NCBI GenBank assembly: GCA_002457605.1
Contig: NTJT01000001.1
Span: 15,269 to 79,268 of the forward strand
DNA: 64,000 nucleotides
Direction: 5' to 3'
DNA from: Marine Group II euryarchaeote MED-G34
GTDB taxonomy: Archaea; Thermoplasmatota; Poseidoniia; Poseidoniales; Thalassarchaeaceae
Shown: positions 29,030 through 39,600 of the stretch, one piece after another
How the letters are laid out: every line of letters starts with the position of its first letter
Numbering within the stretch: the first letter of the stretch is position 1
Program-made: the position numbers and the translations under genes
Notes under the pieces: model-generated
The model's input: the letters and a program-made list of their open reading frames with translations, nothing else
Told to the model about the DNA's origin: nothing
The model's database searches: none

Positions 29030-29503
29030 ATGCTGGTCAGTGAAGATTACCCCTGGGGAAAACTTCTGCGTGAGTACGCGACTTACTGCGCAGTGGGGTG
29101 CATCAATGTCGCCGTATTCTTCGTTATCTACGACTGGCTCTATGACATTGTCCTAAACGAGCAGTATCGGGCAGCAAGCGCCTGGGCCGTGGCTTACTTC
29201 ATCAGTTCGTGGCAGGCTCACTTCCTACATCGCTGGCTGACCTTTGAGTCTCCAACTGGATACACGAAAAGCCTCTATGTGATGCTGTTGATTTACACAG
29301 TTCTATGGGCGATTTCCACCACTACTATAGCTTACTTCAGTGACACCCTAGGATACAACCATCTGTACACTTGGGCTGCCAACACAGCCGCTTTCGGCTT
29401 CTTGGCCTTCCTTGCTCTGCGCATCTTCGCCTTCCCTCTGTCGGACGGGCGAATCTCACGCAAAGAACGCCTTGAGGAGTACAAAGAGCGGCGTAGGTCT
29501 TGA
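29030..29503 (+). CDS. GtrA-like family membrane protein
   Basis: YCAVGCINVAV, FLHRWLTF, four TM helices. Confidence 0.75.
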   Translation: MLVSEDYPWGKLLREYATYCAVGCINVAVFFVIYDWLYDIVLNEQYRAASAWAVAYFISSWQAHFLHRWLTFESPTGYTKSLYVMLLIYTVLWAISTTTIAYFSDTLGYNHLYTWAANTAAFGFLAFLALRIFAFPLSDGRISRKERLEEYKERRRS

Positions 29504-29527
29504 AGTGGACTTGTTCGTGGCGCGGCC

Positions 29528-30784
29528 GTGACCCAAGGCGTACGAGGCACTAGGGACTTCTATCCCGAGGACATGAGAATACGCAACTGGCTGTTCGACA
29601 ATTTCCGCAACGCCGCCCGCAGCCACGGATTTGAGGAGTACGATGCCCCGGTATTAGAGCATGAGGAGTTGTACACCCGCAAGCAGGGCGAGGAGATCAC
29701 ACAACAACTCTACAATTTCGAGGACAAGGGCGAGCGCAGGGTCGCCCTTCGTCCCGAGATGACACCATCCCTCGCGCGCATGGTGATGGCTAGGGCCGGT
29801 GCCTTACCCACTCCAATCAAGTGGTTCTCGATTCCACAGTGCTGGCGCTACGAGCGAACACAACGCGGGCGCGGGCGCGAGCACTACCAGTGGAACGTCG
29901 ACATCTGGGGCAGCAACGCCCTCGAGGCTGATGTGGAACTACTCTCGGTTCTGGTGAACTTCTTCGAGGGTATCGGACTTACAGCTGACGACTTGGTCAT
30001 CAAAATCAGCAGCCGCAAGGTGTTGGAGGAAGTTCTCGGCTCGTTGGGAATCTCCGGCGACGCCTTTGCCGCCACATGCATCATCGTCGACAAAATGGAC
30101 AAACTTCCAGAAGACGTCGTTGCCGCTCAACTGGCCGAGCAAGGGCTCGGCCCTGATGCAGTGACTACCATTCAATCCACACTCGGAGTTGACGACCTAG
30201 ACTCTCTTGCATCCGCACTCGGTGGAGACAGCGCTGCTGTCTCAGAACTTGCAGGATTATTCGATCTTATCGATGCCTACGACATCGCCGACTGGGTTGC
30301 CTTCGACGCCTCGGTGGTCCGTGGTCTCGCTTACTACACCGGCCCGGTCTTTGAGGCACACGACCGAGCAGGACAACTTCGCGCTATTTGCGGTGGTGGC
30401 CGTTACGATAGACTTCTGTCGAGCCTAGGTGGCAAAGATATGCCAGCGACCGGCTTTGGCTTCGGTGACATGGTCATCATGGAACTGCTGATGGACAAGG
30501 GACTCGTACCCGACCTGCCTTCAGGCAACGAGGACATCGTCATCGCAATCAGCGAGGATCTGCGCTCGGCAGCGATGTCTGTGGCTTCCAAACTCAGAGC
30601 AAGTGGCCGCTCGGTCGACCTCGTACTGGAAGACAAGCGCATGAAGTGGGCCTTCCGTCATGCCGAGAGAACTGGGGCACAAAGACTCGTGATGGTGATG
30701 CCCGAAGAATGGGCAGCAGGTAATGTGAGAATCAAAGACCTCGAAAGCGGTGAAGAGTCAGATGTCGACGTTGGCGATTTGTGA
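29528..30784 (+). CDS. hisS: Histidyl-tRNA synthetase
   Basis: RGTRDF, LRPEMT, RYER.QRGR.RE, VRGLAYYTG, GGGRYD. Confidence 0.96.
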   Translation: MTQGVRGTRDFYPEDMRIRNWLFDNFRNAARSHGFEEYDAPVLEHEELYTRKQGEEITQQLYNFEDKGERRVALRPEMTPSLARMVMARAGALPTPIKWFSIPQCWRYERTQRGRGREHYQWNVDIWGSNALEADVELLSVLVNFFEGIGLTADDLVIKISSRKVLEEVLGSLGISGDAFAATCIIVDKMDKLPEDVVAAQLAEQGLGPDAVTTIQSTLGVDDLDSLASALGGDSAAVSELAGLFDLIDAYDIADWVAFDASVVRGLAYYTGPVFEAHDRAGQLRAICGGGRYDRLLSSLGGKDMPATGFGFGDMVIMELLMDKGLVPDLPSGNEDIVIAISEDLRSAAMSVASKLRASGRSVDLVLEDKRMKWAFRHAERTGAQRLVMVMPEEWAAGNVRIKDLESGEESDVDVGDL

Positions 30785-30865
30785 TTACTCTTCTTCGAGA
30801 ATTTCTTTGATAGTCTCATCAGCTCCGAACATCGAGGCGATGATTGCCGAGACCAAGTCGAACAT
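30785..30865 (-). CDS. Candidate 26-aa small protein
   Basis: MFDLVSAIIASMFGADETIKEILEEE*; starts 4 nt after the PGF-CTERM gene stop with GAGTGA upstream and ends adjacent to the hisS stop. Confidence 0.45.
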   Translation of the reverse strand: MFDLVSAIIASMFGADETIKEILEEE

Positions 30866-30869
30866 ACCA

Positions 30870-31697
30870 TCACTCTTCGCGAGTGAATCTGCTGGCACCG
30901 ACTGCAGCGAGTGCTAGAGCGCCTATACCTGCTACTAGGCCGAAGCCAGGCAGAGCGTCTGAGACAGCACCACCGATTCCGTCTCCACCACCATCACCAC
31001 CTTCTCCTGGGATGGTTTGGTTGACTACAGGGAAGTTGGCTTCGACGGTATAGTTCTCCTCGTTGTTCGAGTAGAAGAAGGTGAACTCACCCTCACAATC
31101 TATTCCTGGAAAGAGGCACTCAATACCGTTGTAACCAGGCCAAGAGTACTGGACTCTAAGTTGGGGTTCTTCTATGCTCTTATTCCAACGAGCCATCGAC
31201 TCATTGGTGTTAATCTCCCAGTGTACTGCCTCATCTTCGTAATTATTGTTGACTCCAGGGAACTCCTGCTCTGCCATCTCCAAAGACCCCTTCATCAGTG
31301 TCAAGGTGAGTGGAATACATTCCTGGGTATCGTCACAACCATCTCCTGCATAAATCCTAACTTCAATATCAATGACTATTGTTCCGTTGGCATCTAGATA
31401 CATGTCCTGCTTGAAATTCTCCTGCATGCTGCAGGTGAAATCGACCTCTACCTGCTGTCCTTGAGGAAACGTCTCAGAGCCGTATCCCTCGCTGGCTGAG
31501 CCCGATGAGTCGTTGCCATCAAAGTGAGTCCAACAGTTGTTCAGGCTACTGTCTCCCCAGAAGTGCATGTGCGGGTTGTCGACCGAGGGCTGCTTGGGGT
31601 CCTGAACTGCATCTTGCGCGCTCGCGGGCGCGGCCACGGTAGACAGGGCAATCAGTAACGCGAGTCCGAAGGCGTGTGCAGCACGCTGCGTCTGCAT
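30870..31697 (-). CDS. Secreted protein with PGF-CTERM-like archaeosortase sorting signal
   Basis: Signal peptide (..APASA), Cys pairs, NxS/T sequons, Gly linker, then LPGFG + TM + RFTREE. Confidence 0.78.
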   Translation of the reverse strand: MQTQRAAHAFGLALLIALSTVAAPASAQDAVQDPKQPSVDNPHMHFWGDSSLNNCWTHFDGNDSSGSASEGYGSETFPQGQQVEVDFTCSMQENFKQDMYLDANGTIVIDIEVRIYAGDGCDDTQECIPLTLTLMKGSLEMAEQEFPGVNNNYEDEAVHWEINTNESMARWNKSIEEPQLRVQYSWPGYNGIECLFPGIDCEGEFTFFYSNNEENYTVEANFPVVNQTIPGEGGDGGGDGIGGAVSDALPGFGLVAGIGALALAAVGASRFTREE

Positions 31698-31749
31698 GGT
31701 TTCGCCCCCAATCTCCCCTGTTTGAGACTTACTCCGTTCTGGTTCACCC

Positions 31750-32865
31750 TCAATCGAATCGATGAAATCCGCCTTCTGGGGTACTGCGCGTCTTTCTTGA
31801 GATATTGAGGGCCTCTCCGAGCATATCTGCGCTCATCATCTCAGCCTCGAGCCGGCTGTTGGCAACTCCGGTGATGATTGACATCACTTTGATGGTGTCT
31901 CCGAAGGCCGGATCTTGTCTGGCTCCGAATATGACGTTGGCATCGGGAGAGAGTCTTGCTGTCATCAGATCACAGACCTGGTTAGCTTGCTCCAGCGTCA
32001 TGTATGGACCACCTGTAACGTGGATGAGAGCACCCGTCGCCCCGTCTATCTCAATGTCGAGAAGCGGATGGTTGAGGGACTCGTGAACTACCTCCTCTGG
32101 ACCTTGGTCACTCTCTCCATAGAGCATCATCGTCACGCCTCCACCCTTCATGATGGCTCGGACATCTGCGAAGTCGAGGTTGATTAGGCTCGGCAGGGTG
32201 ATGGTCTCGACCACTCCCTTGACTATCTCTGCGATGAGCTGGTCCATGATACTGAAGGCTTCGTCGAGAGGCAGGTTTGGGACGAAGTGGAGAAGTCTGT
32301 TGTTATCCAGCACCAGAACTGCGTCGGCCGCCTTCCTGAGTAATTCAAGTCCTTCCAATGCTCTCTGCATTCGCTGTCTGCGCTCGACTGAGAATGGAGT
32401 TGTTACGACGGCCACGACTAGAGCCCCTGAGCGCTTGGCCTCCTCTGCCACGATTGGAGCAATCCCGGTTCCAGTGCCTCCACCTAATCCGGCGGTGACA
32501 AACACTAGGTCAGCCCCACCAACAATCTTGGTGATGACATCTCTACCGGCCTCAGCGCAGCGTCGTCCAGTGACCGGGTCCCCTCCGGCACCAAGTCCGC
32601 GGGTGATGTGCCTGCCGACCAACAATTTCTGCATCGCTCTTGTGTGATCGAGGTGTTGCTTGTCGGTGTTGATCGCTACGGTGACAGCTCCCTCAACACC
32701 GATGTGAGTAATCCGATTCATCGTGTTATTGCCAGAGCCCCCACAACCGCATACTAGGATGCGTGGGTCTGGGGGCCCGTACGATTCGAGCTCCCTATCT
32801 GTCAGCGCTGTTGGAATCCTACCGTCGGGTATCTGATCAATTACTGATGCCGGCGCCTCAACCAT
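31750..32865 (-). CDS. ftsZ: Cell division protein FtsZ (FtsZ2-type)
   Basis: GLGGGTGTG signature; NNRLL..VPNLP..AFSIMDQ.IAE.VKG..ETIT.PSLINLD pattern matches archaeal FtsZ2. Confidence 0.95.
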   Translation of the reverse strand: MVEAPASVIDQIPDGRIPTALTDRELESYGPPDPRILVCGCGGSGNNTMNRITHIGVEGAVTVAINTDKQHLDHTRAMQKLLVGRHITRGLGAGGDPVTGRRCAEAGRDVITKIVGGADLVFVTAGLGGGTGTGIAPIVAEEAKRSGALVVAVVTTPFSVERRQRMQRALEGLELLRKAADAVLVLDNNRLLHFVPNLPLDEAFSIMDQLIAEIVKGVVETITLPSLINLDFADVRAIMKGGGVTMMLYGESDQGPEEVVHESLNHPLLDIEIDGATGALIHVTGGPYMTLEQANQVCDLMTARLSPDANVIFGARQDPAFGDTIKVMSIITGVANSRLEAEMMSADMLGEALNISRKTRSTPEGGFHRFD

Positions 32866-33021
32866 CCATCCTACCCCAGTGCATCCCCGGCATTGCTGCC
32901 TACTTCACGAAGTGCGTTTCTCAGCCTTCTTAACCGTTGAGGGGTATGACGGCCCGACCGAGGCGATTATCAGAGTCTCTCCGGAAAGCGAGATAAGCAG
33001 GAGGGCACTCCACTGGCATAA

Positions 33022-33125
33022 CCGTGCTTAGCTCAGTTGGCTAGAGCACCTGACTGTAGACTGGAAACACTTGGTTGTAGGCAGCCATCAGGGGGTCCCC
33101 GGTTCAAGTCCGGGAGCGCGGACCA
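33022..33125 (+). tRNA. tRNA-Tyr(GTA) with 27-nt intron at 37/38 (33060-33086) and encoded CCA
   Basis: Acceptor CCGTGCT/AGCGCGG, anticodon arm CCTGA-CTGTAG..A-TCAGG, GGTTCAAGTCC T-arm; BHB motif with CUGU/GCAG helix and two 3-nt bulges. Confidence 0.94.
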
Positions 33126-33209
33126 ATAAACTCCTTCAGTTGCTCTTGGAGCAATGTGGGCAGACTGATAAAGGGGGGTTTGGTCGGCAGGCCGCAACGA
33201 GGTCTGACA

Positions 33210-33797
33210 ATGGGTGTTCAACAGCATGTTAGGTCACTCTGGAAGACCCCCAAGGCATCACTACCGCCTAGGTACCGGCGCGACCGCATGGCGAGCTGGA
33301 GGCGAGAGCCTGTGTTCCAGAGAATTGAGAGGCCAACGCGCATCGACGCGGCCCGACGGGTCGGCTACAAAGCTAAGCAGGGAGTAGTTGTTGTTAGGAC
33401 CCGCGTTCGCCGAGGGGGACTGCGCAAGAGCAAGGTCCACATGAAGCGCAAACCTTCCAAGGCCGGTATCAAGAAAATCACAATGGGCAAGTCGATTCAG
33501 CGGATGGCAGAGGAGCGAGTCAACAGGCGCTACCCAAACCTCGAGGTACTCAACTCGTATTGGGTAGGTGAAGATGGGAAGAACAAGTTCTTCGAAGTCA
33601 TCATGCTGGACCCTGCACATCCTGTGATTAAGTCGGACAAGCAGCTCGGATGGGTATCCAGCGGCAACAGCCACCGCGGTCGCGCGTATCGTGGAAAGAC
33701 CAGCGCCGGCAAGCGTGGGCGAGGTCTGCGCAACAAGGGCAAGGGAGCCGAGAAATTGCGGCCCAGCCTGAAGGCCAACAAAAACCGCGGCAAGTGA
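33210..33797 (+). CDS. rpl15e: 50S ribosomal protein L15e
   Basis: [38 protein letters not shown]. Confidence 0.96.
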   Translation: MGVQQHVRSLWKTPKASLPPRYRRDRMASWRREPVFQRIERPTRIDAARRVGYKAKQGVVVVRTRVRRGGLRKSKVHMKRKPSKAGIKKITMGKSIQRMAEERVNRRYPNLEVLNSYWVGEDGKNKFFEVIMLDPAHPVIKSDKQLGWVSSGNSHRGRAYRGKTSAGKRGRGLRNKGKGAEKLRPSLKANKNRGK

Positions 33798-33846
33798 GCC
33801 CCCTTCGGCCGTCAGATTGATGCCTGTTCATTCTCGGCAGTAGCCA

Positions 33847-34101
33847 ATGGCAGACCGTCAAGTGTCCGAAATTCGCGGGCTCCCCGTCATCATGCCTAGC
33901 GGAAGATTGCTCGGAACAGTCCATGACACAGTCATCGATACAGACGGTTGGACCTGCACGCACATCTTCGTAGCCGACCCTCCCGCCGATCTGGTTGAGG
34001 GCCGAATTCATGTCGCGATTCCCTGGAACTGGGTCAGATCGATAGGCGATGTTGTGCTTCTCCGATGGTTCCCATCCACTCCCATTCCACGTAACTCGTG
34101 A
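33847..34101 (+). CDS. PRC-barrel protein (CdpB-like)
   Basis: IRGLPVI..SGRLLGTVHD.VID...IPWNWVRSIGDVVLL. Confidence 0.85.
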   Translation: MADRQVSEIRGLPVIMPSGRLLGTVHDTVIDTDGWTCTHIFVADPPADLVEGRIHVAIPWNWVRSIGDVVLLRWFPSTPIPRNS

Positions 34102-34204
34102 AGCCTCTTTCCTCGTTCAAGGGCTCAAAACCCACTCTAATCGCTTGAGCATAGGATGAACGCGACTGCGATACGATTCAAAAGCAGAGGGCGAACCGTT
34201 CTGC

Positions 34205-36589
34205 GTGCGCCGAGCGTCCGCCACCCTACTAATCGCCCTACTGCTGGTCAGTTCAGCACCTCTGGTTCAGGCAGGAGAGAAAGGGGTCATCTCATGCGTC
34301 AACGCCGACCAGTCAATGATGCCGGCAAGTTGGGATCTCGATGATCAGTCATGTGTAAGGGTCGATTTGGGGGAGTTGGAGCCCGGCGAAATTATCTCCT
34401 TCGATTTGACCACTGATTCTGAAATAGATATCCTCATGTTCTCGGTCAACTCGATTTCAGTTTACCAGAATGAGCAGTCATACCGCAGCGATTCGATTTG
34501 GGAGAGGAACTCGGTATTCGAGGAATTCATCGGAACCGGTTCCTGGCACTGGACTGTCCCTGACGATAGGGAGATGACCCGATGGTACCTCGTTCTCGAC
34601 AATCTAGTCCACCCTCAGGATGGAGGAGGTGGCGCTCAGGGAGGTTCGATAGCGTCAATCGCACTAGACTCGGAAATGATCACTCCTGGAACGTTCACCC
34701 TCGCTGACACCATCGTTAGACTCGACCCCGGCGAGCACTCGGTACTGCACGGCCCGTTCATAGTAGACGCTGGCACTCAAGTCAGGATGGAGGCCAACAC
34801 CATGGAGGGAGCTCCCGATGTATTCCTAATGACTTCCTCGCAGGTGGCTCTGTATGAGCAGGGCGGCACCGCAGCCGCACGCGTCGAAGGTACCGACATG
34901 CTACTCATCACTCAGGAACGTGACATGGTCTGGATGGCTACCGAGACTTACGAGGGAGAAGATCTCTATCTGGTGGTCGATAACAGAGCAGGTCCTGCAG
35001 GAGGAGGTGCTGGAACCGAGGATACCGCAGTCACAGTTACACTCACTCTGACCCCGGTACTGGAACCAGTAATCAGCGGAGACGTCTCTCTTGAGATAAT
35101 CAACGTCGGCGACATCGTCACTCTGGACGCTACGCAGACTCCGAACAACTCCGGCCAGATTCCTGAGTCTGGCTTCCATTGGGACACCAACGGAGACGGA
35201 ACAGATGACACTGTAGGGTCGTCTGTGAGTGTCAGTTGGTCAGACCCCACTAATGTCACTATCAGACTTACTGTAGTGGCGATTGACGCGCGTAGCGCCA
35301 GCTCGTATCAGTCAATCGAGGTCGCGGACATTTCTGGGCCCGAAGTAAGCATTGGAGCCTCTGCGATATTGGAACGCACATATGGGGACGATGTGGTACT
35401 CAGTGGGCAGGTGAGTGATAATTGGGGCATCGCCACAATCGAATGGCTCGTCGATGATGTTCTGATACGGACCAATTCGGGCAGCGACGAAGGAGCAACC
35501 GTGTTCAACCATCTGTTCAACTCCAGTTACTCCGCCGGACTCCACACCATCACCCTGAAGGCCACTGACAATTCGGGCATGGTTTCCGAAGACACCGCAA
35601 CTATCAGTCTGTACGACTCCACTCCGCCAGTCATCGGAACACACCAAGAGGAGGTGAATCTGCAGATAGGCCAGACCTTCCGCTTTGAGGCCAACGTCAG
35701 CGATTCCGAATCGAACAACCTGTTATTCTCGTGGGATTTCAACAGCAATGTAGACTCCGATTCTGACGGCGACCCAAGGAACGACAACGACGGTTTTGGA
35801 GACTCGGTGCTGTGGAGTTACGATGCCTCCGGTCCTATGATTGTAGTCTGCCAGATTGAGAACGACGCCGGGCTGGTTTCCGAGTTTGAGGTGCTGGTCA
35901 ATGTGCTCAGTGGTAACGAGGATGATGGATTGGATTTGATGCAGTTGGGACTCATGGCCGCAGCTGCTCTCATAGTGGTAATTCTGATTGCTCTGTTGAC
36001 TTGGCGATTCATGTCTAATCGTAGACTTGCAGCGATGATTGCCGAAGATGATGAGCCTGAGCAGCCTGTATCCGCAGCCCCCTCAGTCGAGGAGCAGAAG
36101 GCCATGTGGGGTGGAGCAGAGCCCACCATGCAGATTGAGCAGCCTGCTCAACAGGTCTTCAATGACTTCTCAAGCGGGATGTCAGGTTCGACCCAAGATA
36201 TCTCCACTGCAATGGGTGAGTCTGAGGGAGAGGAACTGGATCCCGATATCGCAGCTCTGCTACGGTCATCCGAAGAAGAGGATGCCTCAGGCCCAAGTCC
36301 TGCCAAAGAAATCCTATCAGAGTTTGACGAAGATGACTCTGTCGAGAGAGAAGATATCGATTACTCACATGAGACTCAGACTGAGGAAACCGTGTCAAAC
36401 TGGTCTCCCGGAGAGGACGAAAATGAGGTCTTCCAACCTAAAGAAATTGAGTCGGAGCCGGATCGAAAAGTTCGCCAGAATTGCTCTTCGTGTGACAAGA
36501 AGTTCGAGGTCGAACTTCCTCCTGGACTTGACGCCGCTAGGACAGCTTGTCCTCATTGCGGCTCGATTGAATCGATTAGCCTAGGGTGA
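34205..36589 (+). CDS. Exported PKD/Ig-domain protein with TM anchor, acidic tail and C-terminal zinc ribbon
   Basis: Signal peptide; two YLVxDN-GGG repeats; PKD WDTNGDG and WDFN motifs; TM; CSSC...CPHCG. Confidence 0.8.
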   Translation: MRRASATLLIALLLVSSAPLVQAGEKGVISCVNADQSMMPASWDLDDQSCVRVDLGELEPGEIISFDLTTDSEIDILMFSVNSISVYQNEQSYRSDSIWERNSVFEEFIGTGSWHWTVPDDREMTRWYLVLDNLVHPQDGGGGAQGGSIASIALDSEMITPGTFTLADTIVRLDPGEHSVLHGPFIVDAGTQVRMEANTMEGAPDVFLMTSSQVALYEQGGTAAARVEGTDMLLITQERDMVWMATETYEGEDLYLVVDNRAGPAGGGAGTEDTAVTVTLTLTPVLEPVISGDVSLEIINVGDIVTLDATQTPNNSGQIPESGFHWDTNGDGTDDTVGSSVSVSWSDPTNVTIRLTVVAIDARSASSYQSIEVADISGPEVSIGASAILERTYGDDVVLSGQVSDNWGIATIEWLVDDVLIRTNSGSDEGATVFNHLFNSSYSAGLHTITLKATDNSGMVSEDTATISLYDSTPPVIGTHQEEVNLQIGQTFRFEANVSDSESNNLLFSWDFNSNVDSDSDGDPRNDNDGFGDSVLWSYDASGPMIVVCQIENDAGLVSEFEVLVNVLSGNEDDGLDLMQLGLMAAAALIVVILIALLTWRFMSNRRLAAMIAEDDEPEQPVSAAPSVEEQKAMWGGAEPTMQIEQPAQQVFNDFSSGMSGSTQDISTAMGESEGEELDPDIAALLRSSEEEDASGPSPAKEILSEFDEDDSVEREDIDYSHETQTEETVSNWSPGEDENEVFQPKEIESEPDRKVRQNCSSCDKKFEVELPPGLDAARTACPHCGSIESISLG

Positions 36590-36649
36590 TTCATCTACAA
36601 CCTCGGTTATTAGATGCAAAGCCGGTTCCTGTAAGGCAATACCCTATAG

Positions 36650-36668
36650 CGCACCTCTAGGAGGTGCG
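36650..36668. promoter_or_regulatory. Perfect 8-3-8 inverted repeat covering the GGAGGTG RBS-like site of the 1461-aa gene
   Basis: CGCACCTC-TAG-GAGGTGCG, 3 nt before ATG 36672. Confidence 0.55.
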
Positions 36669-36671
36669 AGC

Positions 36672-39600
36672 ATGGGCAACACTGGTATCCGGTTGGTCTC
36701 TAGGGCGCCGAGGGCGAACAATTCGCATACCCTGCTGATGGCCTTGCTGTTCTTGCTCCCTATCCTTTCACCCTTCTCTGCGGTGAGCGGCGAGGCGAGA
36801 ATAGAATCTCAGGACTTCGAGGTACTTGACCAACTGTCCGAAGTACTAGAGGAGCGCCAAGAGATGTTGGACAGTAACTCCGTAGCGCAGTTGGCCCAAC
36901 CAATCATCGAAGGAATAGGTAACTCGGTAGTGCCTACTGGGCCATCTGACCCTCTCGCCAATGTGGATGGATCAATAGATGGAGTGAGTATGGTGACGAC
37001 TACTCCTCCACAACCACAGCATCCTGGCCCCTACAATCTGCTGTTGGACCCCAGTAGCAGTTCTCCCGGCCAAGTCGATAACATCTGGCAGACTCTGGTA
37101 AATCTGACCGACTATGTGATTTGGACAGAGTACATCGACCTCGATGGGAACACAATCCAGAGCTTTGAGGTGGTGACATTCTCAGCCAATCTACTGTCTC
37201 TATTCGACATCAACTCCGAACCTCTTCTGCACGAGATTGACGTCGACAACGACGGGGATGATGACATCGAAGTTGGACTGAAGATTGCCTGGGAGTTCCT
37301 CGGCGGATGGGGGGTGGAAGGGGGAGTGCTTTGGATTGAGCCCGGCATTTCGTACTCGGTCAAGGTACTCGACTCTAGCCAGAATGATCTAGATTGGAAT
37401 ATGATGGACTCGCTGCAAGTATCACTAATCAAGGCATTTGCATATTCCGGGCAGGACTCCATACTGGCCCTCGGAGACGGTGAAACCTACATTTGGGTTG
37501 TCGACTCAAGGTTCACCGCCCAACCGGATGACTTCACTCTCCGAGTAGGAATAGAGAGATTCTATTTCGATATCTCTGGAGCCAGTTCCGATCTAGTATT
37601 CACTCTCATACAGGCACTCACGTTAGGACTAATCAATCAAGGGGCGGATGAGTCCGGAATCACTTTCGCTGCGATTGCCGCACCATACGCGATCGAGTTC
37701 AGGAACCCTGGTGGACGTGACTGCCCGGACCGGTATTCTCCTGACGAGATGCTCTTCGCTACTTACACGGAGCTGAATTGCGGAGTCTCGGCGGGCTTCG
37801 GATACTTACACTTCTCTCCACCCGATGAAAGTGGCGATAGAGACCTCTGGGAACTGGCATACATAGAACTCTCATTCCATCCCAATAAGCAAGCCGTGGT
37901 CATTCCCGAGGAGGCTGACGTAGTCATTAGGACAGATAGCGTTCTGCCCGAGAATAGCATCGTCGACGGTGAGAGGGGACTGACCACAATCGAGTATTGG
38001 GCAGACGAGAGAACCGACTTACATATCCACTTCCACGAGAACAGATCGGAACTCCCTCCTGAGGAATCCAGCGATGGAGGTAGAGGTAATGTGACCGACT
38101 CCGTAGGATGGCTGAGAGGGTTGCCTAAAGGGTCCTTGTCGGAAGGAGAGATAGAGCGCGTTTTCCGTATGCTTGGCTCTGATGGCTCGCGTTCCCAACT
38201 CCCAGGTGAACTCCCACAGAGGCTTGGCTTTATCATCGGAATCAAGAACTTCTCCAGAGACAACAGTGAGAATGTCGACGACCCCACTCTACCGGTAAAT
38301 CCAGCAAACCCTCCTAAGACCCTGATTCTCATACGGTCGGTGCAATCGATAGAGGAACTCAACTATGACTCGTGGTTCATCAGAGAGGGTGCTGCAGAAG
38401 ACCACAGAAAGATACACATCAGAGCGAAAGACCTGCCGACGGCACTGGTTCTCTACGGATCTTTCGAGCTTAGCAGCGGGAGCTCAAGTGAGAGTGGACT
38501 TGACTCAGAAGACAGCCTCGACTTCGTATCGAAGATTGTGGATAATGTCCTAATCAACATAGTCGATTTGTTCTTGGACATAGGAACCATCCTGAATGAC
38601 GTCCCTTCAGCCGTGGTGGATGTAATCAGCGGTGGTGTTGATGGGACCAGTGGCCTCGCGGGCAGGACAGTCCACCTACTTCTTACAGACAACTGGCTAG
38701 TCACCAGATCTGACATGCCGTTAACCAGCCTTTCAATTCAGATAGGTTCGAGTGACCATCCAACTGATTCAGGCGACCATCTGATGCTGGCAAAAGACAG
38801 GGGACTTGGTTTAGTTCAAGGCAGGAACGGACCAATCGAACCCCTAGCGCCAGTAGCGGCTAGCATCGGGTTCAGCGGCCTCATTGCATTCTCTCTAATC
38901 GACGACAACGAGTTGGATGAACAGGTCGTGATACTACGCACCGCATCTGATGAGAGATTCTCATTCACCTACATTGATTATCATTCAAAAACTCTCGAAG
39001 GAGCCTCCTTTGAGGCTCTGACACTCAGTGACATCCCTGACAATCTCTCCATACAAGTATCAGCAAGCGGAATGGAATACCTCGCTTCGTCCGGTATCGA
39101 GTCGATTACCTACGCGGGTATGGACGGCACTCAGCGTCAGGCAGCTACCATTATCGGTGTGCCCGACTCATTCAGCACCACATCAGGCTTCGTCACTGGA
39201 TGGTCATCCTCCACTCCTATCTCATCGATTGAGGCGCAGATTAGCAATTCAACTGACCCTGTCAGATTGACGGGTGACCACTTCCTCTTCCATCATGATC
39301 AGATAACTGGAGCTTCAACAATCTCAACTAGGTTGACCGGGCTCAGCGAAGTTAGTTGGACGGAGCCTTCTGTGGAGGGAGCCTCGGGTCCTGCTGGCCG
39401 GGGAACCGCTCAGATATCGGCGTCAGGCGACCGAGCCCTGAGTATCAACGTCGACCATGCTCCGACTGTGGGGGGTGACTCACTCTCAGTGATTGCCTCA
39501 ATTGACCCACTCCCATCTACTGTCAGAATCCAGATACCGACAGGATCCGACTCAGGAGCCAGTCTCGATGTGCCTGAATTCAACACCTCAAATGGCCTCT

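Noticed and set aside
15664-33125. tRNAs as integration sites for an island
   Set aside because: No integrase, no duplicated tRNA 3' end noticed, and the flanking genes are housekeeping
33033-33227. 64-aa minus-strand ORF
   Set aside because: Antisense to tRNA-Tyr
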